Shown: positions 37,705 to 45,898 of the stretch, one piece after another | Position numbering within the stretch: position 1 is the stretch's first letter | Layout of the letters: every line of letters begins with the position of its first letter | Assembly (NCBI GenBank): GCA_045593905.1 | Contig: JAZNXL010000055.1 | Span: forward strand, 2 to 64,001 | Source: Eubacteriales bacterium | Lineage (GTDB): Bacteria; Bacillota; Clostridia; Oscillospirales; QAKW01 | Length of the DNA: 64,000 bases | Reading direction: 5' to 3' | The notes under the pieces: model-generated | Databases searched by the model: none | What the model was told of the DNA's origin: nothing | What the model saw: only the letters and a program-made list of their open reading frames with translations | Made by a program: the position numbers and the translations under genes

Positions 37705-39799
37705 TAAAAATCTCCTTTATTTTGCGTTTACTATCATTTTTTGTTTTTTTACAAATAGGACAGCCACGACCTTTGTTTCTATCTGCAATCCTTGCCTGCC
37801 ATTCGTGACCTTCGCTGCATTTCCACCAGACTTTTTTATTGCTGTTAGGTAATACATCCATAGGTGTTAATCCGTCATTTTTTTCATAATTCCATTCTTT
37901 TGCTAACGACGGATTAACCGTTTGCAAATCATTTTCTCCTTTTACGGCATATCGACCTGAACAATATGGGCAACTATTTCCTCTATTTCGCTCTATTATG
38001 CTTGCTTGCCATTCGTGACCTTCGCTGCATTTCCACCATACTTTTTTATTACTATTAGGCATTACGTCTGCAGGCGTTAATCCATTGTTCTTATCATAAT
38101 GCCAATCTTTAGCTAAAGTTGGATTAACTGTTTCCAGATCGTTATAACCCTTTAAAACTTTTCTGCTTGAACAATATGGACATCCACGACCTTTATTTCT
38201 GTGATCAATTGTTGCTTGCCATTCGTGTCCTTCGCTACATTTCCACCATACCTTTTTATGGCTATTTGCTGCAAAATGTTCTGGTCTTAAATTACCGTTC
38301 TTTTCGGAATTCCATTCTTTCGCTATCTCTGGATTAGAAAATAATAGGGAAGTTTCTTTTTCTGAATATTCCCGCAAATTTTCTATGGCAATATTGTCTC
38401 TTTTAATGTCAACATCTACGTTAGTTTCGGTGATTTCACTTAAAAGAAGTTCAAGTATTTTTGATAGATCTTTTTGACTCCTTTGAACAACATAATCTAT
38501 AGAACTGTCATTAAGAGGCGGTAGCCCTTCTCTTATTCGATATAGTTTAATTCCATCGTTTACGCAATTACGGTTTTTTATCAGATCTTGTTTCGTTTTG
38601 TTTTGGTGCCAAAAATACCCATCATATTCAATGGCAACTTTTTTGGATGGAATATAAACGTCTAACTCGTATCCTCTTTCTTTATAAGAATGGATTGTTT
38701 CTAAACCAAATTTTTCAAGATAGAAAACTATAGCATATTCGGGGAAAGAAGTGTTTTGTTCAGAATGACATATAGGACAGCCATTCCCTCTATTTCTACT
38801 ACCTATTGTTGCTTGCCACTCGTGGCCTTTGTTACAAATCCACCATACTTTTTTATCACTATTAGGCCTTACGTCCATAGGTGTTAATCCAATGTTTTTA
38901 TCATAGTTCCATTCTTTTGCCAAAGTTGGGTTAACGGTTTGTAAATCATTTACACCTTTAACAGTATGTCGCCTTGAACAGTATGGACATCCAATTCCGT
39001 TATTTCTACTATTTATTGTCGCTTGCCACTCGTGTCCACCGCTGCACTTCCACCATACTTTTTTATTGCTGTTAGGCATTACATCCATAGGTGTTAATTC
39101 GATGTTTTTTTCATAATTCCATTCGTTTGCTACAGTTGGATTAACCGTTTGCAAATCAGTTTCACCTTTAATGACGTATCGGCCAGAACAATATGGGCAT
39201 CCTCGCCCATCATTTCTGCTACCTATTGTTGCTTGCCACTCGTGGCCTTTGATACATTTCCACCAAACTTTTTGCCCGCTATTGGGCATTACTTCTGCAG
39301 GTGTTAATCCATTGTTCTTTTCATAATGCCATTCTTTCGCTAAAGTTGGATTAACCGTTTGCAAATCATTATATCCTTTTAAAGCTTTTTTGCTTGAACA
39401 ATATGGACATCCTCGCCCATTATTTCTATCCGCTATACTCGCTTGCCATTCATGCCCACAGGGACCAAGCCACCATGCTTTGCGATGACTATTTATAGTA
39501 ACGCCTTTTGGGGTAAAATCGCTGTTTTTTGAGGGATGCCATTGCAAAGCGATTTCGGGCGCAAGTGTAGATAAATCATTATATCCGACAAGCACTTTTC
39601 TTCCAGAGCAAACAGGACATTGATTCCCAGCAACGCGACTGTAACAAGCCGCTTGCCATTCATGTCCTTTGCCACATTTCCACCATACTTTCTTTCCGCT
39701 ACCAAGGGTTAATTGCGATGGATCAAAATTTGTATTTCTTTCCCAGTTCCATTCTGCCATCAGTTCGGCATTATCAATTATATAATTCTTTTCTGCCAT
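37691..39799 (-). CDS. Zinc-ribbon repeat protein (8 DUF4379-like repeats) with an internal PD-(D/E)xK/Vsr-like nuclease domain
   Basis: Eight copies of EW...N...TP..V..NS.KKVWWKC..GHEWQA....R..G.GCP.C; insert SFPE...ELDVYIP..KVAIEYDGYFWH...DLIKN after repeat 5. Confidence 0.85.
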   Translation of the reverse strand: MAEKNYIIDNAELMAEWNWERNTNFDPSQLTLGSGKKVWWKCGKGHEWQAACYSRVAGNQCPVCSGRKVLVGYNDLSTLAPEIALQWHPSKNSDFTPKGVTINSHRKAWWLGPCGHEWQASIADRNNGRGCPYCSSKKALKGYNDLQTVNPTLAKEWHYEKNNGLTPAEVMPNSGQKVWWKCIKGHEWQATIGSRNDGRGCPYCSGRYVIKGETDLQTVNPTVANEWNYEKNIELTPMDVMPNSNKKVWWKCSGGHEWQATINSRNNGIGCPYCSRRHTVKGVNDLQTVNPTLAKEWNYDKNIGLTPMDVRPNSDKKVWWICNKGHEWQATIGSRNRGNGCPICHSEQNTSFPEYAIVFYLEKFGLETIHSYKERGYELDVYIPSKKVAIEYDGYFWHQNKTKQDLIKNRNCVNDGIKLYRIREGLPPLNDSSIDYVVQRSQKDLSKILELLLSEITETNVDVDIKRDNIAIENLREYSEKETSLLFSNPEIAKEWNSEKNGNLRPEHFAANSHKKVWWKCSEGHEWQATIDHRNKGRGCPYCSSRKVLKGYNDLETVNPTLAKDWHYDKNNGLTPADVMPNSNKKVWWKCSEGHEWQASIIERNRGNSCPYCSGRYAVKGENDLQTVNPSLAKEWNYEKNDGLTPMDVLPNSNKKVWWKCSEGHEWQARIADRNKGRGCPICKKTKNDSKRKIKEIFNDKI
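37745..39760. repeat. Intragenic 210-bp tandem repeats (5 + 3 copies)
   Basis: gcttgcca(c/t)t ends at 38820, 39030, 39240, 39450, 39660; the equivalent gc(c/t)tgcc ends at 37800, 38010, 38220 (exact 210-nt period). Confidence 0.95.
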
Positions 39800-39836
39800 A
39801 ACTTAGGCACCTCGCTTTTTAAATTATTACTTATAA

Positions 39837-39865
39837 AGTATACCATAAAATTTTCCAATAGTAAA
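39837..39865 (-). promoter_or_regulatory. Putative sigma-A promoter of the islet operon
   Basis: Minus strand TTTACT-17-TATACT with extended TG, upstream of a GAGGTG RBS. Confidence 0.6.
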
Positions 39866-40051
39866 CATGTGCTGTTTTACGATAAAAACTAATAAGAAAG
39901 GGGTGATGTTATTTGTTTGTTTAATAATTTTGAATCAGTAAAAATTTGACTGGATAATGTGAAAAAGTGTAAAAAGCGTTTATAAAAAAGAAAATGCCGA
40001 AATCGGCATTTTGCAAAATATTATAAATCCGTCTGCGAACCAAACACCGAA

Positions 40052-40150
40052 CTTCTTCACTATTCACTATTACTTATTACTTCCAAAAATCCTTTATTCA
40101 AAATAGCAGAGAATAGTGAAAAGTGAAGAGTGAAAAGCGAAAAAGTAAAA
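40052..40150. repeat. Inverted arrays of degenerate 7-nt repeats
   Basis: tcttcac tattcac tattact tattact ... agagaat agtgaaa agtgaag agtgaaa agcgaaa; ttcactattc pairs with gaatagtgaa. Confidence 0.7.
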
Positions 40151-40177
40151 ATCCCCATTCTTACGAATGAGGATTTT
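40147..40177 (-). terminator. Terminator immediately after tRNA-Pro (islet side)
   Basis: aaaaatccccattc-ttac-gaatgaggattttt. Confidence 0.75.
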
Positions 40178-40253
40178 TGGTGGGAGTGACAAGACTTGAA
40201 CTTGCGGCCCCTAGACCCCCAGTCTAGTGCGCTACCAACTGCGCCACACCCCG
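40178..40253 (-). tRNA. tRNA-Pro(GGG)
   Basis: CGGGGTGTGGCGCAGTTGGTAGCGCACTAGACT-GGG-GGTCTAGGGGCCGCAAGTTCAAGTCTTGTCACTCCCACCA; own promoter TTGACA-17-TAAAAT at 40266-40294. Confidence 0.93.
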
Positions 40254-40378
40254 ATTACTTTATAGATTTTAATGCAAATATTAGCTTATGTCAATACAAT
40301 TTTAAAATTTAATAAACAAAGATTCGCTCAACCGAAAACTAATTATAAACTAATAATCGGTCGAGCTTGTCTTTGGTA

Positions 40379-40454
40379 TGGCTGGGATAGTTGGGTTCGA
40401 ACCAACGAAATGACGGAGTCAAAGTCCGTTGCCTTACCGCTTGGCTATATCCCA
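40379..40454 (-). tRNA. tRNA-Gln(TTG)
   Basis: TGGGATATAGCCAAGCGGTAAGGCAACGGACT-TTG-ACTCCGT...GGTTCGAACC...TATCCCAGCCA. Confidence 0.96.
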
Positions 40455-40472
40455 GTATTAAATTAGAAAAAG

Positions 40473-40550
40473 TGGGGTGGATGATGGGACTCAAACCCAC
40501 GACCTCCAGAGCCACAATCTGGCGCTCTAATCAACTGAACTACATCCACC
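40473..40550 (-). tRNA. tRNA-His(GTG)
   Basis: G-1 plus GTGGATG...CCAGATT-GTG-GCTCTGG...CATCCACCCCA with the C73 discriminator. Confidence 0.95.
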
Positions 40551-40565
40551 ATATAAAATTAAATG

Positions 40566-40642
<77 letters not shown>

Positions 40643-40645
40643 ATC

Positions 40646-40719
40646 TGGAGCGGGTGATGGGAATCGAACCCACGTTATCAGCTTGGAAGGCTGGAGTTCT
40701 ACCATTGAACCACACCCGC
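40646..40719 (-). tRNA. tRNA-Gly(TCC)
   Basis: GCGGGTGTGGTTCAATGGTAGAACTCCAGCCT-TCC-AAGCTGA...GGTTCGATTCC..CACCCGCTCCA; promoter TTGACA-17-TAATAT at 40739-40767. Confidence 0.96.
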
Positions 40720-40854
40720 AAAATTTACGTGCTTAAATATATTAGCATAACTGCTTTATGTTGTCAAGCACATTTTTTAATAATTTATATTTAATATTAA
40801 ACTTGACTAAAATTTATATTTAAAATATACTTATTTAATAAAAGAAGGTGTAAT

Positions 40855-41862
40855 ATGAAACAAAATGGGTTTTTAAAAACTAAAATGATGCAAGAGGCGA
40901 GTGAACAGTCGAAACCGAAAACTCGTTCTAAAGAGCTTTTAACATTTATTATTTTAAGTTTTATTATTTCAATAGCGCAGGGCTTTTTGGTAACACCTGC
41001 GTCGCTTATTTATGTATATACTGACAGCAAAATACTTAATATGATACGCTCAGCAAATCTTGATTTTGATGCTTTTACTGAACGTACGCTTGAACTTGCG
41101 AATAATCAACCTGACTGGCTTTCGATTTTAACATTGTTTTCAACTGCCGTAATGATATTAGGCGCTTGTGTATATTGTAAGTTTATCGAAAAGCGCTCGT
41201 TAAAATCAATGGGCTTTAGAAAAAACAGAGCGCTTGGCGAATACTTAACAGGAATTATTATTGGTGCAATTTTGATTTTTTCGGTTGTAGGTTTGCTAAT
41301 ATTAATGGGTATAATAAAGGTTGAAGGCATTAACTCTTTTTCGGCAATTACAATAGGTTTATACTTTTTAGCTTTTTTGGTACAAGGTGCCGCCGAAGAG
41401 GTTTTATTGCACGGTTATTATATGACAAGCCTTTCGCGTTGCAATTCGGTAAAATACTCAATGGTAAACTGCTCAATTTTATTTGCGCTTATGCACGGCT
41501 CAAACAATGGTATGTCAATACTCTCGTTTATTAATCTGTTTATGTTTGGACTGCTAATGTCAATGTACCTTGTAAAACGTGGTAATATATGGGGTATCTG
41601 CGCAATACACTCTATTTGGAACTTTGTTCAGGGCAATGTTTTTGGTTTGTCGGTTTCGGGTAATGCGAAAACAGCCAGCATATTTAAAACAACAGTTATT
41701 AGTGATGTATCAAATCTTACGGGCGGAGATTTTGGAATTGAAGCAAGTCTTATAACAACACTTGTTTTGTTTCTTGCAATAGGCGTAGTTATTATGCTAA
41801 AACAAAATAAATCAGAAATCGCACAGATTAAACCTGTATTAGAAGGAGACCAAAATGTCTAA
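40855..41862 (+). CDS. CPBP (CAAX/Abi) family intramembrane glutamic endopeptidase
   Basis: AAEEVLLHG, LFALMH, AIHSIWN motifs in a polytopic membrane protein. Confidence 0.9.
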   Translation: MKQNGFLKTKMMQEASEQSKPKTRSKELLTFIILSFIISIAQGFLVTPASLIYVYTDSKILNMIRSANLDFDAFTERTLELANNQPDWLSILTLFSTAVMILGACVYCKFIEKRSLKSMGFRKNRALGEYLTGIIIGAILIFSVVGLLILMGIIKVEGINSFSAITIGLYFLAFLVQGAAEEVLLHGYYMTSLSRCNSVKYSMVNCSILFALMHGSNNGMSILSFINLFMFGLLMSMYLVKRGNIWGICAIHSIWNFVQGNVFGLSVSGNAKTASIFKTTVISDVSNLTGGDFGIEASLITTLVLFLAIGVVIMLKQNKSEIAQIKPVLEGDQNV

Positions 41863-42787
41863 CATTTATAATTCAGTTGACCAGCTTATAGGTAACACTC
41901 CTATATTACAATTGAATAATCTGAAGAAAAAATTGGGACTATATGCCAATGTTTTTGCAAAACTTGAGTTTTTTAATCCTGCAGGCTCAGTAAAAGACCG
42001 TGTTGGTCTTATGATGCTTAACGAGGCTGAAAAAAGCGGGCAGTTAAAACCTGATTCAACTATAATTGAACCAACCTCGGGGAATACAGGTATTGGAATT
42101 GCGGCGGTTGCGGCTTGTCGCGGCTACAGGGTAATAATAGTTATGCCCGAAACAATGTCGGTTGAAAGGCGTATGCTTATGAAAGCTTTTGGCGCCGAGC
42201 TTGTTCTTACTGACGGCTCAAAGGGAATGAGCGGGGCTATTGAAAAAGCCAACCAACTTGCAAAAGAGATTAAAAACAGTTTTGTGCCGGGTCAGTTTAC
42301 AAACCCTGCAAACCCAAAGGCACATTTTGAAACTACAGGTCCTGAAATTTATCGTGATACCGATGGTAATATTGACATTTTTGTAGCAGGTGTGGGTACA
42401 GGCGGTACTATAACAGGCACAGCAAAATATTTAAAATCAAAAAACAACGATATAAAAATAGTAGCTGTTGAACCTAAAGACTCGGCTGTTCTTTCGGGTA
42501 AAGATGCAGGCGCACATGCCATTCAAGGTATTGGCGCAGGTTTTATACCTGATGTGCTCGATACCTCCATTATTGACCAAATCATAACTGCGTCAACTGA
42601 TAACGCTTTTGAAAGCGCACGTGTATTAGGTAAAACTGAGGGCGTTGTCGTTGGCATTTCATCGGGAGCTGCGCTGTATGCTGCTATTGAACTTGCAAAA
42701 GATGTTAATAACAAAGATAAAAACATTGTGGTACTGTTGCCTGATGCAGGCGACAGGTATTTATCAACCCCGCTTTTTAGTGAGTAA
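41855..42787 (+). CDS. cysK: Cysteine synthase A
   Basis: NPAGSVKDR, EPTSGNTG, GVGTGGT, IQGIG, GISSGA, PDAGDRYLST. Confidence 0.96.
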   Translation: MSNIYNSVDQLIGNTPILQLNNLKKKLGLYANVFAKLEFFNPAGSVKDRVGLMMLNEAEKSGQLKPDSTIIEPTSGNTGIGIAAVAACRGYRVIIVMPETMSVERRMLMKAFGAELVLTDGSKGMSGAIEKANQLAKEIKNSFVPGQFTNPANPKAHFETTGPEIYRDTDGNIDIFVAGVGTGGTITGTAKYLKSKNNDIKIVAVEPKDSAVLSGKDAGAHAIQGIGAGFIPDVLDTSIIDQIITASTDNAFESARVLGKTEGVVVGISSGAALYAAIELAKDVNNKDKNIVVLLPDAGDRYLSTPLFSE

Positions 42788-42788
42788 T

Positions 42789-42820
42789 AAAAAATCACCA
42801 AATTAAATTTGGTGATTTTT
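42789..42820. terminator. Bidirectional terminator
   Basis: aaaaatcaccaaatt-a-aatttggtgattttt. Confidence 0.75.
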
Positions 42821-42824
42821 ATTT

Positions 42825-43331
42825 TTATTTAAGAGGTAATTCTTTAAATACCTTTTTAACTTTGTTGTTTTTCTTTGTGCAGTCTTCGCCGTCATAGTTT
42901 TTGTCGCCTGCAAGCATAAGTACAAAGTTTCCGTTTGAAACAGCTTCATATGTCTTTAAAACTTTTCCGCTTGAATCGCGAATGTTAAACTCGTTCTTTT
43001 CGGCAGCCTCTTTTATTTTAATTGAGCCGCTTTCATATTCGAATATTTCAATGTTGATTCCGTAGCAGTTTACTTTAAAGCTCGCTTTAACCTCGGGGTC
43101 GGTTGAATGTGTTTTGATTGCGGTTTCAACCTTATAAGCCTTTTCGTTAATTGCTGTTACAACCGAGAGTGCGGTTCCCTCATCAACCTTTTTTGATGAT
43201 GGAACATAGAATTCACCAACATAGTCTTCGGGTGCTGTTAAAATGTTAACGCCTTTATCTTTGTTACATGAGCAAACGCCTAATAATGTGATTATACATA
43301 ATAAAACTAATATTGATTTTTTAAATTTCAT
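42825..43331 (-). CDS. Hypothetical lipoprotein
   Basis: Signal peptide with lipobox-like LGVCSC; GAAAGGCGG RBS. Confidence 0.7.
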   Translation of the reverse strand: MKFKKSILVLLCIITLLGVCSCNKDKGVNILTAPEDYVGEFYVPSSKKVDEGTALSVVTAINEKAYKVETAIKTHSTDPEVKASFKVNCYGINIEIFEYESGSIKIKEAAEKNEFNIRDSSGKVLKTYEAVSNGNFVLMLAGDKNYDGEDCTKKNNKVKKVFKELPLK

Positions 43332-43443
43332 ATCTTAAAACCGCCTTTCTTTTAAATAATATCACAACAACAAACTCATTTCAATAATAATTTATTGAAA
43401 ATGCGGTGTTTATGTGTTATATTTTTAAGGACGGAGGAAAGAT

Positions 43444-44151
43444 ATGAAACGTGTAATATCATTTATTTTTTTAGTTTTAATATTGATTTCGCTTTGTTCG
43501 TGTAGCGGTTTAAAAATCACTCCTGAAATGGAGGGATATATTGAACTTTATAAAAAGGCGATTGAAAACACGACTGTTAAACAACAAGGTGAGGTTAAAG
43601 TAACTTCTGTTACAAATGATAACGCAATTGAATTTACCACAACAACATCTTTGATTGAGTTTGACTATTACATTAAAGACGATAAGGTTGTATTTAACCG
43701 AAACGACCACGTGAACGATGAGCTTTTGGCTGTGTATATTTGTAACGGTGACGAAATACTTGTTAAAAACGACGCCGAAGCCGAATTTAAAGACGCTACC
43801 AAACAAAACGAGTCGTTTTTATATGTCGATAAAAACCCGTTTATTACACTCTCACTGTTTAGGGTTGACAGTAACGGCAAAATCGACAGTTCGGTTTTAA
43901 ACAATATTAAACAGTATACCGAAGACGAATACACTGTTGTTGAGTTTGTTTTGTCTGATAAGGCTGTGTCAACAGTACTTGGCTACACAAAAGCAGACGG
44001 TGTTGTTCGTAAGTCATCAGGACATACACGAAAATACTATATCGACACAAATAATAATGTTTGTAAAATACAAATTGATGCAAGTCAAAAAATAATTTCA
44101 AACGGTGTTGAGGGCGATTATATCACATCAATGACAGTAGAGATATCATAG
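43444..44151 (+). CDS. Hypothetical lipoprotein
   Basis: Signal peptide with LCSC lipobox; GGAGG RBS; beta-rich mature region. Confidence 0.7.
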   Translation: MKRVISFIFLVLILISLCSCSGLKITPEMEGYIELYKKAIENTTVKQQGEVKVTSVTNDNAIEFTTTTSLIEFDYYIKDDKVVFNRNDHVNDELLAVYICNGDEILVKNDAEAEFKDATKQNESFLYVDKNPFITLSLFRVDSNGKIDSSVLNNIKQYTEDEYTVVEFVLSDKAVSTVLGYTKADGVVRKSSGHTRKYYIDTNNNVCKIQIDASQKIISNGVEGDYITSMTVEIS

Positions 44152-44156
44152 TTTTA

Positions 44157-44876
44157 CTATGATATCTTTTCTATTTCTTTACGTAGTCTTGAAATTATCT
44201 TTTTTTCAAGCCTTGATATGTAAGACTGAGATATACCAAGTAAATCGGCAACCTCTTTTTGAGTCATTTCTCGTTCGTTTTTTAAACCGTAGCGCATCTC
44301 GGTTATTTGCTTTTCGCGAGGTGAAAGCACTTTCATTGCTTGGTTTAGTAGCTGTATCTCGGCATCGGTTTCTAAATTTCTATAAACACTGTCGCTGTCG
44401 GTACCTAATATATCCGATAACAGTAGTTCGTTTCCGTCCCAGTCAATATTAAGCGGTTCGTCTAATGAAATTTCGTTTTTTTGAACATTGTTTTTTCTTA
44501 AAAACATTAGTATTTCATTTTCAATACAACGCGATGCGTATGTTGCAAGCTTAATGTTTTTATCAGCATTAAAAGTTTTAATTGCTTTAATAAGCCCAAT
44601 ACTGCCTATTGAGATAAGGTCGTCTGCCATAATGCCGGTGTTTTCAAACCTTTTTGCAATATATACTACAAGTCTTAAATTGTGTTCGATTAGTTTTTGT
44701 TCGGCATCTTTGTCGCCGTCTTTTAACAATGATATGTATTTGCTTTCTTGCTGTTGTGAGAGCGGGGGAGGCAGTGCAGTAAATGTTCCGATGTAGTAAA
44801 GGTTGCGGCCTAAAAGCTTAAATACTTTTTTAAAAAAGTTAAATCTTAATAAAAAACTTATAAAAGTGTTAAACAT
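44157..44876 (-). CDS. sigE: Sporulation sigma factor sigma-E (pro-sigma-E)
   Basis: [61 protein letters not shown]; downstream of spoIIGA. Confidence 0.96.
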   Translation of the reverse strand: MFNTFISFLLRFNFFKKVFKLLGRNLYYIGTFTALPPPLSQQQESKYISLLKDGDKDAEQKLIEHNLRLVVYIAKRFENTGIMADDLISIGSIGLIKAIKTFNADKNIKLATYASRCIENEILMFLRKNNVQKNEISLDEPLNIDWDGNELLLSDILGTDSDSVYRNLETDAEIQLLNQAMKVLSPREKQITEMRYGLKNEREMTQKEVADLLGISQSYISRLEKKIISRLRKEIEKIS

Positions 44877-44886
44877 AATGATTCTC

Positions 44887-45753
44887 CTAATCATAAAACC
44901 TTGAATGCAGCAAGGCTGAATATTTTAAGTCGGGGCTTAATCTGTGCTCTACTATACCAATAAGCGTTTTTTGTAAAACCTTACTGTTGGTTATGTCGGT
45001 AACGCTGTCAGGCTTTATTGCTATAATACTGTTTGAATTACCTGATGCGTCGTAATAGGGAATTAAACGGGCTTTGTATTTTTTCGCAGTTTGGTAAAAG
45101 CCACTGCTTTTAGTATTTGTCAAACTATTTAGCTCACTACTACTTATTACCGAATGCAATTTGTCTTTTTGCAAAAGTATAACAGGCGTTGAAGTTATTG
45201 GGTCGTATAACGCGTTTCCAGTGTCAATTAAAGCATCGGTAATTATTGGCTTTTGGTTTATAATAATTTTAATTGTTGTAATAACGTTACTTAGCTTTTT
45301 TTGTGTTAACGTGTTATCAATTAGTTTTACTAAAAAGTAAAAAAATATTGCAAGTAGAATTATTAACCAAAGAGGCATGTCAATATAATATTCGCCGTTA
45401 GAATAGTTCATTTTACTGCCAAGATTAGAAAAGCGGTAAAAAGCGTACATACCACCGCCGTATATAAAGTTTATTATGTAGTAAATGACGGTTAATTTTG
45501 TGATGCGGTAAAAGCTTTTGTATCCAAACGCGATTAAGATTATCATAAAGCTTATAACAATTTTAAAAACGACAATATTTAATATTTTAAGTGTGGGAAA
45601 AAATATAACAGTGCTGTAAAGTGCACCAAAAGCCGAAGCGAGAATCACTCTAATTTTTTTGAAATTTAATGACGATAATAGTGCTGTTGAAGTAATTATT
45701 AAGTAATCAATAATAAAATTAAGAAAAAACAGTTCGTCTATGTATATAGTCAA
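44887..45753 (-). CDS. spoIIGA: Pro-sigma-E processing aspartic protease
   Basis: IYID..F.LNF..DY N-terminus, TM helices, [12 protein letters not shown] catalytic motif; likely TTG start at 45753. Confidence 0.92.
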   Translation of the reverse strand: MTIYIDELFFLNFIIDYLIITSTALLSSLNFKKIRVILASAFGALYSTVIFFPTLKILNIVVFKIVISFMIILIAFGYKSFYRITKLTVIYYIINFIYGGGMYAFYRFSNLGSKMNYSNGEYYIDMPLWLIILLAIFFYFLVKLIDNTLTQKKLSNVITTIKIIINQKPIITDALIDTGNALYDPITSTPVILLQKDKLHSVISSSELNSLTNTKSSGFYQTAKKYKARLIPYYDASGNSNSIIAIKPDSVTDITNSKVLQKTLIGIVEHRLSPDLKYSALLHSRFYD

Positions 45754-45898
45754 CTTAACCACCTGAATTAAGTTTACAACTTTTGTAGATTTAATTATGT
45801 CGATTAATGTTTGAGCGGGAAAGTTTTATGAAATTGTTTGCTATTTACATTTTTAAACGAGTGTGTTAAAATTTTTAAAAAACTGAAAGGGAATTGCT

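Larger units (their letters stand above)
36650..40188. mobile_element. Integrase-less genomic islet at the 3' end of tRNA-Pro(GGG)
   Basis: Flanked by imperfect direct repeats of the tRNA 3' end (plus strand tggtcggagta 36650-36660 and tggtgggagtg 40178-40188); carries two non-housekeeping genes. Confidence 0.7.

Noticed and set aside
37745-39760. Regular 210-bp repeats considered as a CRISPR array or DGR template/variable repeats
   Set aside because: They are in-frame coding repeats without unique spacers. No cas or reverse transcriptase gene is in the window, and the differences are not confined to adenines.
39893-39950. Strong RBS (AAGGGGTG) followed by a very short plus-strand ORF in the islet
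   Set aside because: Only about 6-10 codons with no recognisable homology. It may be a gene remnant but cannot be supported.
40855-41862. CPBP/'Abi' protease as part of the defence islet
   Set aside because: It lies outside the att-like repeats, beyond the tRNA cluster, and overlaps cysK. The 'Abi' family name does not imply phage defence.
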